Of a DNA stretch of 64,000 bases, positions 36,033 to 47,495 are shown piece after piece. The notes under the pieces were generated by a model. It saw only the letters and a list, made by a program, of their open reading frames with translations. It was not told the DNA's origin and did no database searches. A program made the position numbers and the translations under genes. This stretch comes from Paramoeba atlantica. Lineage: Eukaryota > Protista > Discosea. The DNA is taken from positions 124,001-188,000 of the forward strand of contig CDRNVI010000087.1 of NCBI GenBank assembly GCA_977017575.1. The letters run 5' to 3'. Position 1 is the first letter of the stretch, and each line of letters starts with the position of its first letter.

Positions 36033-36129
36033 ATAGCATTGAAAGGTTATTAATTTAGTGACATAATCGAGGACTCTTAGCCACTTATAACACAGTGGTG
36101 TATTATTATTATTATTATTATTTCAATGT

Positions 36130-36500
36130 ATATTTGCTTCGCGTGAAGGAATCACTAAGGCGCAACAAGAACTCCTTGCGTTCTTCTTCCGAAACAGTTG
36201 CCGTTGGAGCGTACACGTTGTATATCGCGGCTTGGAAAGGCTTCATGTCAATTTGAGCATATGCTATTCTCTCTGAAACGCTGACGATACGATCTATCGC
36301 AAACCGACTGATGAACATCAGTCCGCCGTACCCATTTTTGGCAGACAAGAAGTATAAGAAGAATTTAGTAGTCCCAATTCGAATTGTTCGAAACAGTGAC
36401 TCCGCGCATGTAAAGCGAGTTTCCTGTAGGCAGCAGATCTGTATGTCACGTAAAACGAGCAGCCGAAGAAGATGTGTGATATGAAGACTCACACACAACA
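36130..36500 (-). pseudogene. APE endonuclease N-terminal fragment, probably the same element as 32820-33240
   Basis: ICCLQETRF, GYGGLMFIS, IYNVYAPT..EEERKEF. Confidence 0.82.
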
Positions 36501-37040
36501 AAAAAACATTGTTCGATACAAAAAAAATGAAATACGATAGGAAGAAGTGGAAAAGGTAGGAGGATAAAAAAAAAGCGTTTGAAGAGTAGATGTGTCTACG
36601 TTGTAGGGGATGGTGTCTGTTTCATTATGGAGTATTGTACGATACTTGCCCTGAGATGAATGTTCACAGACAGTGACACATGTGCCGCGCTGTTTGAATC
36701 AGCTTGTGAGCATCAAAGCCACAACGCTCGAGAAACACACATGCACTCATCTCCTTTTTCGTTTGGCATTTGACACGTTTTTCAGTTTTTTGTTCTAAAA
36801 GTGACGTTCGATTTGGGGTGGTGTGGATCGCGCTTTGGAGCCAGGAAGTCGTGCGAGGCTGTCGGCTATCCGAACGGCGGCTTCTCGAATCTTGTCCCGC
36901 TGGGAGGTGCAGAATGGCATCGGAGAGATGAAAATAAATCAAGCACGATTAGATTCATACGGACGAATTCTTAGCTGGAGAGAATGGTGGAAAACTGTTC
37001 ACTCGATCTTGATCAGTTCCTTGTGGTAGAGACTCGGAAG

Positions 37041-37121
37041 GCGTCTATACCCAAGTGGTTAAGGGGCCTGACTTGAAATCAGGTGTGTTCTCACGCGCAG
37101 GTTCAAACCCTGCTGGGCGCG
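37041..37121 (+). tRNA. tRNA-Ser(UGA), intact
   Basis: GCGTCTA/TGGGCGC acceptor, CCC/GGG D-stem, CCTGA-CTTGAAA-TCAGG anticodon arm, long variable arm, GCAGG-TTCAAAC-CCTGC T-arm, G discriminator, TTTT terminator. Confidence 0.92.
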
Positions 37122-37327
37122 TTTTCCTTCCACAAGCGTTGTCAAATCATATTCAGCGCGGGATACCAACTACGCCCGCACCGCTCTTCTTCTCTCTTCT
37201 TCTTCTTCTATTCCGCGCGGAGTTTTTTTGAAAAGGTGTGATGCCCAGCGGCGCGGCACCCGTCGTGGGAACGCACGCTCCGCATAAAAGACGTTGTTCT
37301 GAATCTCGAGGCGGTTTTACCCACACA

Positions 37328-40300
37328 CTGTACCTTGTTGATTTATTTTCTATTACTTTCTCACTTTCATGGGCATGTTCACGCGGAGCCGGGCGAAAGA
37401 AACGGGAGTAGCTCCCGTCGTACAGCCTCTACCTCCGACCCGTCGCAGGAAGAAAACAATTGAGGAGAAACCGCCTGAGGCTCCGTCCGAACCGAGCGCT
37501 TCTCCTTCGCCGCCCCCGCCGCCCCCGCCGCCCTCACCACCCACGACTTTGTCCACTGAAACTCCGTCTCTTCCATCGCCCGTCCCCGCCGCATCGCGGT
37601 CACCTACTTCACCGCCACTTCCGCCGCCACTACCGCCGCCATCACCACCATCAACGCCATCTGAGTGTCCACAATCTCCTCCTCCGTCGATGCGTCGATC
37701 GCCGACCCCACTGCCGAAAAGTGACTGCAAAGTCACAATTAAGAACGCACTGCTGTCTTCAAATTTCTTCAATCGGCGAAACAAACAACTCAACCTTCTT
37801 CAGACAAGAGCTGACAAAGTGTCGCAAGACGAGAGCCCAACCATTCGTCACCCAGAAGGATGCATCAAAATAAGAACGAACACCGCTCGGAACACAGCAT
37901 TTACGAACTGGAGCAAGGAACCAACGTACGCTCAGGCGGCCACCCCTCCACCAAAAGATCCCACTACTCTGGATGAACTCGTTTTACGACCGTTAAATCC
38001 GTCGGCCGTTGCCATGGACAGTTACCGTAAGAAGGCTAAAGTTCTGCAGGATGCTATCATCCAAAAGGAAAACGAGCACAACAAGAGTACAAAGAACGTC
38101 CAGGAAAACGGACGCGTACAAAACAACGAACCGATTCAGTACGGCGAAATTGCGCCCAACGGCGACGAAGGTTTCCGACCTGACACATCGAGCGAAATAC
38201 AGGTAATTAGCACGACTCCGGGCCCCAAAACCAAGGAGTATGGAAGTAACACCGAGTTCTACGACTGCATCACGCCAGACACACAAGAAAAGGACAAACC
38301 AACCGAAACAACAAATCAAGTCATCAGGATACTTTATAGCGAAGGAAATCCGGAACAAGACAACCACATCGGTGGCATCATAAAATCGATAAATCCAGAC
38401 ACCGAATTCCCCATTCCTTTCGAGCGCATACAGAAGTCTTGTTCTTCAATAAAAAAAGGAACCAAATGCACAGTGGCGTGGACATTCGATAAACAAACCG
38501 CCTTGAACATCTCCGAAGGAACCGTAACACGATCCGCGAATCGGACCGGGGCGTCGAAACTACATTTGAGCTATAAAGGTCTGTTCGGCCATCGTGCAGA
38601 AGAAAGTTTTCCAGGTTTTCTTCCTCCGCAAGAAAATATCCGTGTATATCAGATCCGTTGGTACAGAGCTCCTCCAGCCATTGACGAGAACCTTCCTATT
38701 GAGACCCGCGAAGAAACACATGTTAAAAAGGCCAGAGCGCTTAAGCTGGACACAGGAGCTGAAGACGTAGACCATCTCCCAATTCCAACCGCGAAAACCA
38801 TTAGTCCTGATTTTATCTCCAGTGTGATTGCCATATACAGGGACATCATGCACATCTATGCAGAAAGCGACTACGTACAAAGAAATCAAATTTGGAATAA
38901 AGTTTTGTCTGCAATGAAACTTTCATTAGCTTCTGTGCGTCAAGCCAATAGTAGACAACGGCGGCGAAGACCCATACAACAAGAGACAGTTGAACACAAT
39001 CAATCAGAAGACGAGTTTTTTCATGAGGACAAGCGAGCAATCAAACGGGCCACTCGTTTGGTGCTAGAAAACTGTACATCGAAGGCTTCAAGGATTTTGG
39101 ACTGTTCTTTTCAGAAGAGCACGTTGACTGATCAAGAAAAAGTCCAAAAACTACGTGCACTTCATCCAGAACAAAACTGCAATTTCAAAGTTCCGGAAGA
39201 TGCACCGATTATCGCAGGAATAGCCGTACAAGAATTAAGATGTGCAAGTAGACGACTGGCAAAAGGTGTGAGCCCTGGGCCTACAGGTACGACCGACAGC
39301 ATCGTAAGACTTCTCATAGACGACGAGCCATGTTGCAATAGCCTTTGTCACATGATGAGCGATCTGATCAACGGATTCCTATCTAGACAAGTTCTACAGC
39401 GTCTAAATCGGGCAAGACTCGTAGCCATCGACAAGCCCAACGGGGGAGTACGCCCAGTAGCTATTGGAGAAATATTTAGCAAATTAGCTGGAATAATTCT
39501 GCTGCAAAGATACGAAAAGTCACTAGAACCCCTCTTTGCACCAATGCAACAAGGCGTATTCTCTCAAGCGGGGTGCGAACGAATCGTACACAAGTTGCGG
39601 GACCGCTGGCTTGACGGACACTCAATCCTGACTGTGGATATGCAAAATGCATTCAACTCACCCTCACGAGAGGAAATTGCAAAGTGCGTTTTTGCTTTCG
39701 CTACACTGAAACCCTTTCAAAGGTTCTTTGCGGCCGAATATTCAAATGCTTCCGAACTTTTATTTTATGGCTCCGATGGCAGCCTGACGGACATTATAAT
39801 GAGCTCAGCAGGTGTACGGCAAGGGTCCGCTCTGGCTAGTCTTTACTTTTGCGTATTCTGTCAACCAATACTCGAGACACTGGCCTCCGAATTTCCAGGT
39901 ATTGAAATAAATGCATACATTGACGATATAACGTTAGTGTCTCGAGATTCAACCGAACTGGAGAAAGCATTCTTTAGGCTCAAAGGTCTCCTAGAAGAAA
40001 AACAGGTGAAACTAGCCGAGGCAAAATGCGTTTGGTTCAGAGGAAAATCCGGAAATTCCATACCGAATTCGCTGAGCACCCAAGGTGTAAAGTCGGAGGA
40101 CGAAGCGGTCAAAGTACTCGGAGCGTATATTGGAGAAAACAACACAATAAGTGAACGACTTTTGCGTCAACTAGAGAAGCAGGTCACAGCTTTTCGGCGG
40201 CTAAAACGAATGGGCATCAATAATATATCGATGATTCTTTTAGCAAAATGTGCCAATGTTCGTCAACAATACCTGATTCGTGTTCACCCGCCCGAAACAA

Positions 40301-41608
40301 CAGAGAAAGCATCAACACAATTCGATCAAGAGGTTGAAAATGTGGTAGAGACTTGGATTGGTCCACTCTCTCCTGATCAAATGAAAATTGTACGATTACC
40401 CGTTAAGAAGGGAGGAATGGGTTTGACAGCGAGCAGTCCCCTTAGGGAGACGGCATATGTGGCATCCCGCTACTCGGTTCTTGAGCGCCGAAACTCTTTT
40501 TCAGCTCGGATCGACAACGCGGTGCCATCACACCCGTCTATTCCTAAGAACTCGACAATGAAAGTCATACCAGTGGACGAAAAAGCTTCCACCAGCATTC
40601 ATCATGTCGAAGTATTGAAAGAGTTGCAAACGGATCCCGACATTAAGCCCATTCTACAAGCCACATCCTTCAAAGGAAACAGCGACTGGATCCTTTCCAA
40701 CGCGAAGTACATCCCTTCCCATCTCTTCAAACTCGCGATTATGCCACGACTAAATGCCCAACACCCAGATCTACCTACCAGTCTATTGTGTCCAGGGTGC
40801 GGTATTCTCCTCAATAACCGAAACGCCCTCACCCATATCCCAGGCTGTGCTCAATGTTCAGGTATAAATACGACCGTGAAACATAACTCACTTGTCGGAT
40901 TTTTACATCGTCTATGCGTGAAAGCAGGCATCCCATGTGAAACGGAACCTAGAAACTTTTCTACGTGGAAGTGCATCGCTTGCCGATCCACAATCAGTCC
41001 GGAAAACCAGTTGGTACATCAGAAGACTTGTGCAGGAAAAAAACTTTGTCGGTCTGGCCCCGATCTCGTGATCTATTGGAACACGGGTGCGGTCTTCTAT
41101 GATCTGACAGTTATTCACGAACTCTCAATGTCTAATCGTGGAAAGAAATGCACACAGTTCATGAATGACGCGCTGCAGCGAAAGTCCAACACATATGTAC
41201 GTACGAACTTAATTCGTGAAGACTCATTTCAATGTTTACCCGTACTGGCAGGAGGCGCTTTGCACCGCAATACGCAGAACTTGGTACACTCGCTAGCAGA
41301 CGCGGCCATGCTAAACAGGAAACAGGTCGAACTCGAAATGAAGCTGACGATTCAGGAGCTTAATGGATTAGGGATTTATGCGCAGCTAAAGAAATACTTA
41401 GACGGCTGCACGCAAACTCAAGAATATAGTATATAAGTTCTAAACACAATATCACTATAAGCTGAGTCAGCTTATAAAATTATATAGATTTCATTTTCGG
41501 GATAGTTTCTCTTTGAAAATTGAGAGAAGGGGGGAAGGTGAACATGTCTCACATTTGATAGTAATCGGCGCGTATATAATATATGCGCTCCACGGGCTAA
41601 AAAAAAAA
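37328..41608 (+). mobile_element. Full-length CRE family F element with SL remnant (37328-37340) and poly(A), inserted in the tRNA array
   Basis: CCCACA at 37320-25 and 41624-29. The empty site TTTTACCCACAGAAGC is present in later array units. Confidence 0.9.
37369..41436 (+). CDS. Intact 1355-aa CRE-like protein (Pro-rich N-terminus, pre-RT module, RT, Zn, REL)
   Basis: GVRPVAIGE, TVDMQNAFNS, GVRQGSALAS, AYIDD, CPGC..HIPGC, ETEPR, RSGPDLVIYW..YDLTVIH. Confidence 0.95.
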   Translation: MGMFTRSRAKETGVAPVVQPLPPTRRRKKTIEEKPPEAPSEPSASPSPPPPPPPPSPPTTLSTETPSLPSPVPAASRSPTSPPLPPPLPPPSPPSTPSECPQSPPPSMRRSPTPLPKSDCKVTIKNALLSSNFFNRRNKQLNLLQTRADKVSQDESPTIRHPEGCIKIRTNTARNTAFTNWSKEPTYAQAATPPPKDPTTLDELVLRPLNPSAVAMDSYRKKAKVLQDAIIQKENEHNKSTKNVQENGRVQNNEPIQYGEIAPNGDEGFRPDTSSEIQVISTTPGPKTKEYGSNTEFYDCITPDTQEKDKPTETTNQVIRILYSEGNPEQDNHIGGIIKSINPDTEFPIPFERIQKSCSSIKKGTKCTVAWTFDKQTALNISEGTVTRSANRTGASKLHLSYKGLFGHRAEESFPGFLPPQENIRVYQIRWYRAPPAIDENLPIETREETHVKKARALKLDTGAEDVDHLPIPTAKTISPDFISSVIAIYRDIMHIYAESDYVQRNQIWNKVLSAMKLSLASVRQANSRQRRRRPIQQETVEHNQSEDEFFHEDKRAIKRATRLVLENCTSKASRILDCSFQKSTLTDQEKVQKLRALHPEQNCNFKVPEDAPIIAGIAVQELRCASRRLAKGVSPGPTGTTDSIVRLLIDDEPCCNSLCHMMSDLINGFLSRQVLQRLNRARLVAIDKPNGGVRPVAIGEIFSKLAGIILLQRYEKSLEPLFAPMQQGVFSQAGCERIVHKLRDRWLDGHSILTVDMQNAFNSPSREEIAKCVFAFATLKPFQRFFAAEYSNASELLFYGSDGSLTDIIMSSAGVRQGSALASLYFCVFCQPILETLASEFPGIEINAYIDDITLVSRDSTELEKAFFRLKGLLEEKQVKLAEAKCVWFRGKSGNSIPNSLSTQGVKSEDEAVKVLGAYIGENNTISERLLRQLEKQVTAFRRLKRMGINNISMILLAKCANVRQQYLIRVHPPETTEKASTQFDQEVENVVETWIGPLSPDQMKIVRLPVKKGGMGLTASSPLRETAYVASRYSVLERRNSFSARIDNAVPSHPSIPKNSTMKVIPVDEKASTSIHHVEVLKELQTDPDIKPILQATSFKGNSDWILSNAKYIPSHLFKLAIMPRLNAQHPDLPTSLLCPGCGILLNNRNALTHIPGCAQCSGINTTVKHNSLVGFLHRLCVKAGIPCETEPRNFSTWKCIACRSTISPENQLVHQKTCAGKKLCRSGPDLVIYWNTGAVFYDLTVIHELSMSNRGKKCTQFMNDALQRKSNTYVRTNLIREDSFQCLPVLAGGALHRNTQNLVHSLADAAMLNRKQVELEMKLTIQELNGLGIYAQLKKYLDGCTQTQEYSI

Positions 41609-42228
41609 CCAGATCTTTGATTGCCCACAGAAGCTGCATTCGCAGGCCTTTCAGTGCAATTTTCGCCGGGACAGCCCACAGAAAACACCCTTTACCTGAG
41701 AGAGGTGCATTTGGGAACGTGAATACGAAACGAGCGAACAGATCACCCGCCCACAAAATCGTGGAGCATCGAGTGTCGCCGAGTAAATTGAAAGGTGTGA
41801 TGGAGAAACAGGCGGAATGAGGTGGAATACAATGGTGTGCTGCATGGCGAGGTTGTGGTGTTTGTTTGCGCTGTTGGGGGTAGAGGTGTCTAGTTTGGTG
41901 TGAATTTGTTATCGCATTGGATGTTTCTGTGAAAATCATATTTTCCGGAGTAAGCATACGGTGGGGTGGGGGATACAATGGTGCGCTGCGTGGTGCGTCG
42001 GGTGTGCTTGTTGTGGCGTTTGAAGAGTAGATGTGTCTACGTTGTAGGGGATGGTGTCTGTTTCATTATGGAGTATTGTACGATACTTGCCCTGTACCTT
42101 GTTGTACCTTGTTGTATTAATTACTAAAAACATACCCCCCATGCGCCCCTTCAACCCACCCCCCTCCCAGAGGAAAACTCCCTCGTATCACCGCCCCTTT
42201 GTGGCCGACGTCGCCCCCTTCACCCTGC

Positions 42229-45200
42229 ACAAGTCAGGGCATTCGACTTTTGTCGGATGATGGGGCGTAGCGACCCCAGCTTCCCTAGCTAACTCACCCG
42301 GCGTCGCACAACAAGACGCTACATACCTAGGGTGGGTACGATCAAGGCCCCGCGGATGACACTACCCGGTGCCAGCAAAACAAGGCACAAAATAACTAGG
42401 GCGATCGATCGGCACACCCTCGTCAGAAGAACCCTCGATCCGGACCCGAGATGCCCCACCCGGACCCCAGGTGCCACCTCCGTCGCCGTTAGCACAGCTA
42501 CCAACGCCCCTTCATCCGCCACAGAACCCAAAGAAGAAAGTTTTCATCTTCCCGTCATACAGCCCACCCTCGTCACCGCATCCTCCAGCGCCGCAGTCAA
42601 TGCCAGTATCACCGAGTAAATCTCGCACGCGACGAGTCAAGATCATTGGACCCTCATGTGACATTTCAGCGACGGACTTCCACCGAATGCGCAAAGTGCA
42701 AGACGATCGTAGCAAACAAAGATCACCCCCCAAAGCACCAGTACTAAAACAGCATCTGCCGATTCCGAACAGTAAGACACGCAAGGATATAAATGAGCCA
42801 GAAGCGTGGAGCAGTAGATTAAGGAAAACGTGTGTCACGGCGGCGAATGCCATCTCAACAGCGACGAATGTCATGTCCGAAGCCATATTCAATTCTGAAA
42901 AAGCATCGGAACACCATGACATTGCACCGACCCCCCTAGCGTTCGATACGCCATCTGATTCCTCGACTTCCGAGAGTTCAACAAACGGCAGCACGGAAAT
43001 TGCGAATGGAAAGGATGATAGCAATGATACGGGGCAGACGGAAAGCCCAGGGCGTGAAAGAGGGGAGGTGTCTTTCTTTGAGTGCGAGGATACGGCCGGG
43101 AACATGAGCGAGGATATGACAGAGAACATGGGCGGAGACGCACAAAACGCTCATCGTATTGCGGAACGCAGCGCCGTTCTGTTCGTAGGCAGCGGCGTCG
43201 AACAAGCACGGGACAGAGCTCTAAATCTCATGCAAAACACGAAGCCCATATCCCAGTTCCCTTTATCCCCTGAAGAGATATGGCTAAAGTCGAACATGGT
43301 GAAAAAGGGAACTGCATGTACGGTAGCGTGGACTTGGGACCGACAAGTAACGCTCAACGTGTCTCTTGGGAAGGTAACTAAAACTTATAAGCGCGGAGGG
43401 AAAGGGAAGCTGAACATAACCTACAATGGCTTACACGGACACAAAACAGGAGAGGAGTTCAGCGGATCCCTGCCACCGCAAGAAAACGTTCGCGTGTACC
43501 AAGTTTTGTGGCATTGCGCACCACCTCCTATCGACTATGCTTCACCAGAAAATGCAACTCAAGAGTGTATTTCAATGGGAGAAGCCACACGTGCACCGGA
43601 AGAGGACGTCGATCACCTACCGATACCAACCGCCCGAAACTTCTCACCAGACTTCATTCCATGCGTGCTCGCCACCTATCGTGACATAATTAGTACATAT
43701 GGGAAAAGCGATTATCCTGTGAGGAACAAGATTTGGAATCAAATGATGTCTGCGATGAAATTGTCCCTTGCAACTGTAAGACTTGCGAATGGGAGACGAC
43801 GAAGGAGAACGCCCATAAATTCACAAAAAGCCGAAGGAGAGGACAGAACGGATGCAGACCTTGATAGCTCGACGGGCGACAGACGAGCGATCAAAAAGGC
43901 GATACGGCTAGTCCTGGAAGGGTGTACTTCCAAAGCGACTAAGGTGCTTGATCAACCCTTTCGACGACTAGAGCTTTCTGACGAACAAGTGTTGGAAAAG
44001 TTGCAGGCACTGCACCCGAAAAACGAATATAAAATTCATCTTCCGGAAGCAGCCCCAATAATCGCTGGTATCTCGGTGGAGGAGCTGAGGGCAGCTGGGC
44101 GACGGCTCAGCAAAGGCGTGAGCCCAGGTCCCACGGGAACGACGGATAGCGTTCTTCGACTTCTTCTCGACGATGAAGTGTGTTGCTTGAACCTTTGCCA
44201 CATGATCGCCGACTTAATAAACGGTTTTGTATCTCGTGAAGTACTACAACGCCTAAACAGGGCCCGACTAATTGCCATACCAAAAGCGGACGGGGGAGTT
44301 CGCCCAGTTGCGATGGGCGAAGTGTTTGGAAAGCTAGCCGGCATAGTCTTGTTCCAAAGGTACGAAAACGCGCTTGAGCCGCTATTCGCCCCTATGCAAC
44401 AAGGTATTATGGCAAAGGCAGGTTGCGAAAAAATTGTCCACACGCTGCATGAACGATACTGCGAAGGTCAGTCGATCCTCTCGGTTGATCTAAAAAATGC
44501 TTTCAACTCACCGTCACGGGCCGACATCGCGAAACATGTATTTGGACTCTCAACTCTTCAGCCCTTTCAACGTTTCTTCCTAGCCGAGTATGCTGAAGCC
44601 TCTGAATTGCTGTTTTAAGGAAGTGAGGGCACGCTCGCAGGAAAAGTTCTTAGCGAAGCCGGAGTACGACAAGGTTCGCCACTTTCGACGCTGTATTTTT
44701 GTGCATATCTCCAACCGATCCTCGAAACCCTGGCAGCTGAACATCCAGAGATCGAAATCCATGCATACATAGACGACATCAATCTCACGTCACATACGCC
44801 TTCCGAGATAGCAAAAGCGTTTGAACGCCTGAAAGCATTACTGGCAGAGAGCAGCATTGAGCTCTCCGCTCAGAAATGTGTATGGTTCGGCGGACTGCAA
44901 GGTACAGAGATGCCAACGAGCTTGAAGGAAGTGGGGGTCCGGAATGAAGAAGACGCTACCAAAATTCTTGGAGCGTTTATAGGGAAGGAGGAAACGATAA
45001 GTGAGAAGTTACTACAGCGAGTCGACAAACACAAGGACATATTCAGACGACTGAAATCGATGGGCATGAGCAACGCATCGCTTATAATCCTGTCGAAGTG
45101 TGTCAATGTACGACAGCAATTTCACATGAGAGTGCACAGCCCAGCGGCCACCGAAAAATGCGCACAGCTCTTCGACAATCAAGTGGAAGAAGTCCTAGAA

Positions 45201-46833
45201 ACCTGGTTGGGTAAATTGCAAAAACAACAGATGGACATCGCACGTCTACCAATTAAGAAGGGAGGGTTGGGTCTCACGTCATGCTACCACACGCGAGAAG
45301 CAGCATATAATGCGTCCAGACACGCGGCTCTGAAGCAAAGAAAATCCTTTTCAGCTCGAGCCACGTCAACGGAAGCCAGGTGCACCGACAGCGTAAATTC
45401 AGTTCAGAAAAATACGTCACTCCCCCCTACAGACGAACTCGCCACAGCTGCGAAACTCCACGAACATGCCTGGAACAAACTCTTTAACGATCCAGAAATA
45501 GCACCAATCCTGAGGGCCACTACCACCAAAGGGAGTTACGACTGGCTTATGTCACATACGAGATATATTCCACCCCACGTTTTTGAATTAGCCATAATGC
45601 CGAGATTGGGGATAGAACATCCGCGCCTGCCGAAAAGCTTGCTATGCCCAGGATGCCGTTCCATACTCGACAACAGATCAGCTCTCACTCACATCAGTGG
45701 ATGTGCGCAATGCTCTGGTATCAATGCCTCCGTGAAGCACAACATGCTGGTGAAATTCTTCCACGACCTTTGCATGCGCGCAGGGATACCATGTGAGAGT
45801 GAACCTCGAGCATTCAGTAACTGGGCGTGCACTACGTGTAGAAATGTGGTAAGCCGAGAAAGCCAACCTACGCACAGCAAAATATGTACAGGACGGCACC
45901 TTCATCGATCTGGGCCAGACCTTGTGATATACTGGGACACAGGAGCTATATTTTATGATCTTACCGTCGTGCACGAGATGACACCTTCCCACATAAATAA
46001 GAAAAGCTCTCAATTGATCCGTGACGTCATTCATCGCAAAATGGAAACTTACGTCGCAACGGGAATGATCGCCCAAGAATCGTTCCAATGCATTCCGATT
46101 CTGTCCTCCGGATCACTACACGCGAACACACGCAATCTGATCAGAGCCTTGGCAGACGCTTGTCTTCTGAACGCCCGCGAGACGGAACTCTCGTTCAAGC
46201 TACTGTTGCAAAACTTCAACGGCCTCGTGGTATACTCCCAACTTCGGGAGCACCTCGAAGACAAGTAATAGATTTTAGATATATTCTATACTGGTGAAAT
46301 AGCTGAGAGATAATATCCGTTGACATCTAAATATTATATATTTTCTATTTTATACGGAGATAGTTTCTCTTCGAAAATTGAGAGAAGGGGGGAAGGAGCA
46401 CATTTCTCATTTTCCTACGTGGCTTCCTGCTGTAGGGAGCTTATAGGATTTCACAGGAGAAATGCCTCCGAGAATGTTTTTCAAGTTGGTGAGGAATTCA
46501 CTGGGACACTACCGCCCCACGAAAGTGTGAGGGTTAACGGAATGGGCCTTTGCCCCAGGACATATGAAAAGTTAACTGAGTAAGAAAAAAAAAAGACAAC
46601 AACAAGGTTTTCACTTCAAAAGAAGTGTTTTTTTCATAAAGAAGATCTTGTAGTATATGAAAGGGGTTAAAAAAAAAAAGATAAGCTGGCTGCTCGCGCT
46701 CGATCTGGTGAAATCTTCGGATTTGACTTGCGTGCTGCGTGGCACAGCTCCTAGCAAGCGATAAGGGGGGGCTTGTTCTAGGGAGGTAACATCTCCTCGG
46801 AGATATAATGCCTAAAAAAATCAAAAAATCAAA
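42229..46833 (+). mobile_element. CRE family G insertion with 12-bp TSD CCTTCACCCTGC
   Basis: TSD at 42217-28 and 46834-45. A-rich 3' end. Confidence 0.88.
42396..46268 (+). pseudogene. CRE family G RT-REL with one in-frame TAA (44616-44618) where other families have Tyr
   Basis: ELLF*GSEG..AGVRQGSPLS, AYIDD and REL motifs continue in frame. Confidence 0.9.
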
Positions 46834-47257
46834 CCTTCACCCTGCGCCCTCCACTTCGCTGCTCCCTTCGCTCACCCTGCCTCAATTCCCGCGCTCCTTC
46901 GCGGCCCTTTTTCGCCCCCCTCCGCGCCACGATCTCGGCCGCCCTCCCGCTCCGGTGCTCTCCTCGCCGCGCTCTCCCTCGCTGTTTTTTTTTTGCTCCC
47001 TCCCGTGCCCCCCTCCGCGCTCCACGCCACGCTCTCCGTCGCCCTTCCCCTCTGGCGCTCTCCTCCCGCGCTCTCCGCCGCTGTTTTTTTTTCTTCGTTG
47101 TCTTCGCCCTCCCCTCGCCACCCCCTTGGTCGCCCTCTGTTGCCCCCTGCGTCGCTCTGCCGCGCCGCTTTTCGCCCCCCACCCACTGCGCTGTCCCCTT
47201 CGCCGCCCATTCCCCCTCCCTCCCTGCTCCCACCTGCGCCACTCTTTCCCTTCCCAC

Positions 47258-47495
47258 AACAACAACAACAACAACACTGATATAATCAGTTAAGGGGTAA
47301 TATTTTCCCTTAAACATCTTCACACCTTAGATTAAAAACACTGACCACACAACTGTTTACCATATCTCAAATTTAATGTTTGTTTTAATGAGTCCTCGCA
47401 TAATGATGAGTCTTTTCATTACAATAAACCAGGAAATGGAACCACCAACGCCCCTAGAGTTCAACGCAAATTGAAGGTATCAACTACTTGAGCGC
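47258..47495 (-). mobile_element. 238-bp insertion with a (TTG)n end and 12-bp TSD TTCCCTTCCCAC
   Basis: Absent from the other retroposon copies. TSD at 47246-57 and 47496-507. Strand inferred from the microsatellite end. Confidence 0.8.

Noticed and set aside
36650-37040. snRNA or 7SL gene divergent from the tRNA, as in trypanosomatids
   Set aside because: I found no U2, U4, U6 or 7SL hallmark motifs on either strand by eye. An Rfam/Infernal search would be needed to exclude it.
42229-42400. HDV-like or hammerhead ribozyme at the CRE-G 5' end or in the 15740-16290 UTR
   Set aside because: Hairpins are present, but I could not fit the nested double pseudoknot or the CUGANGA/GAAA core.
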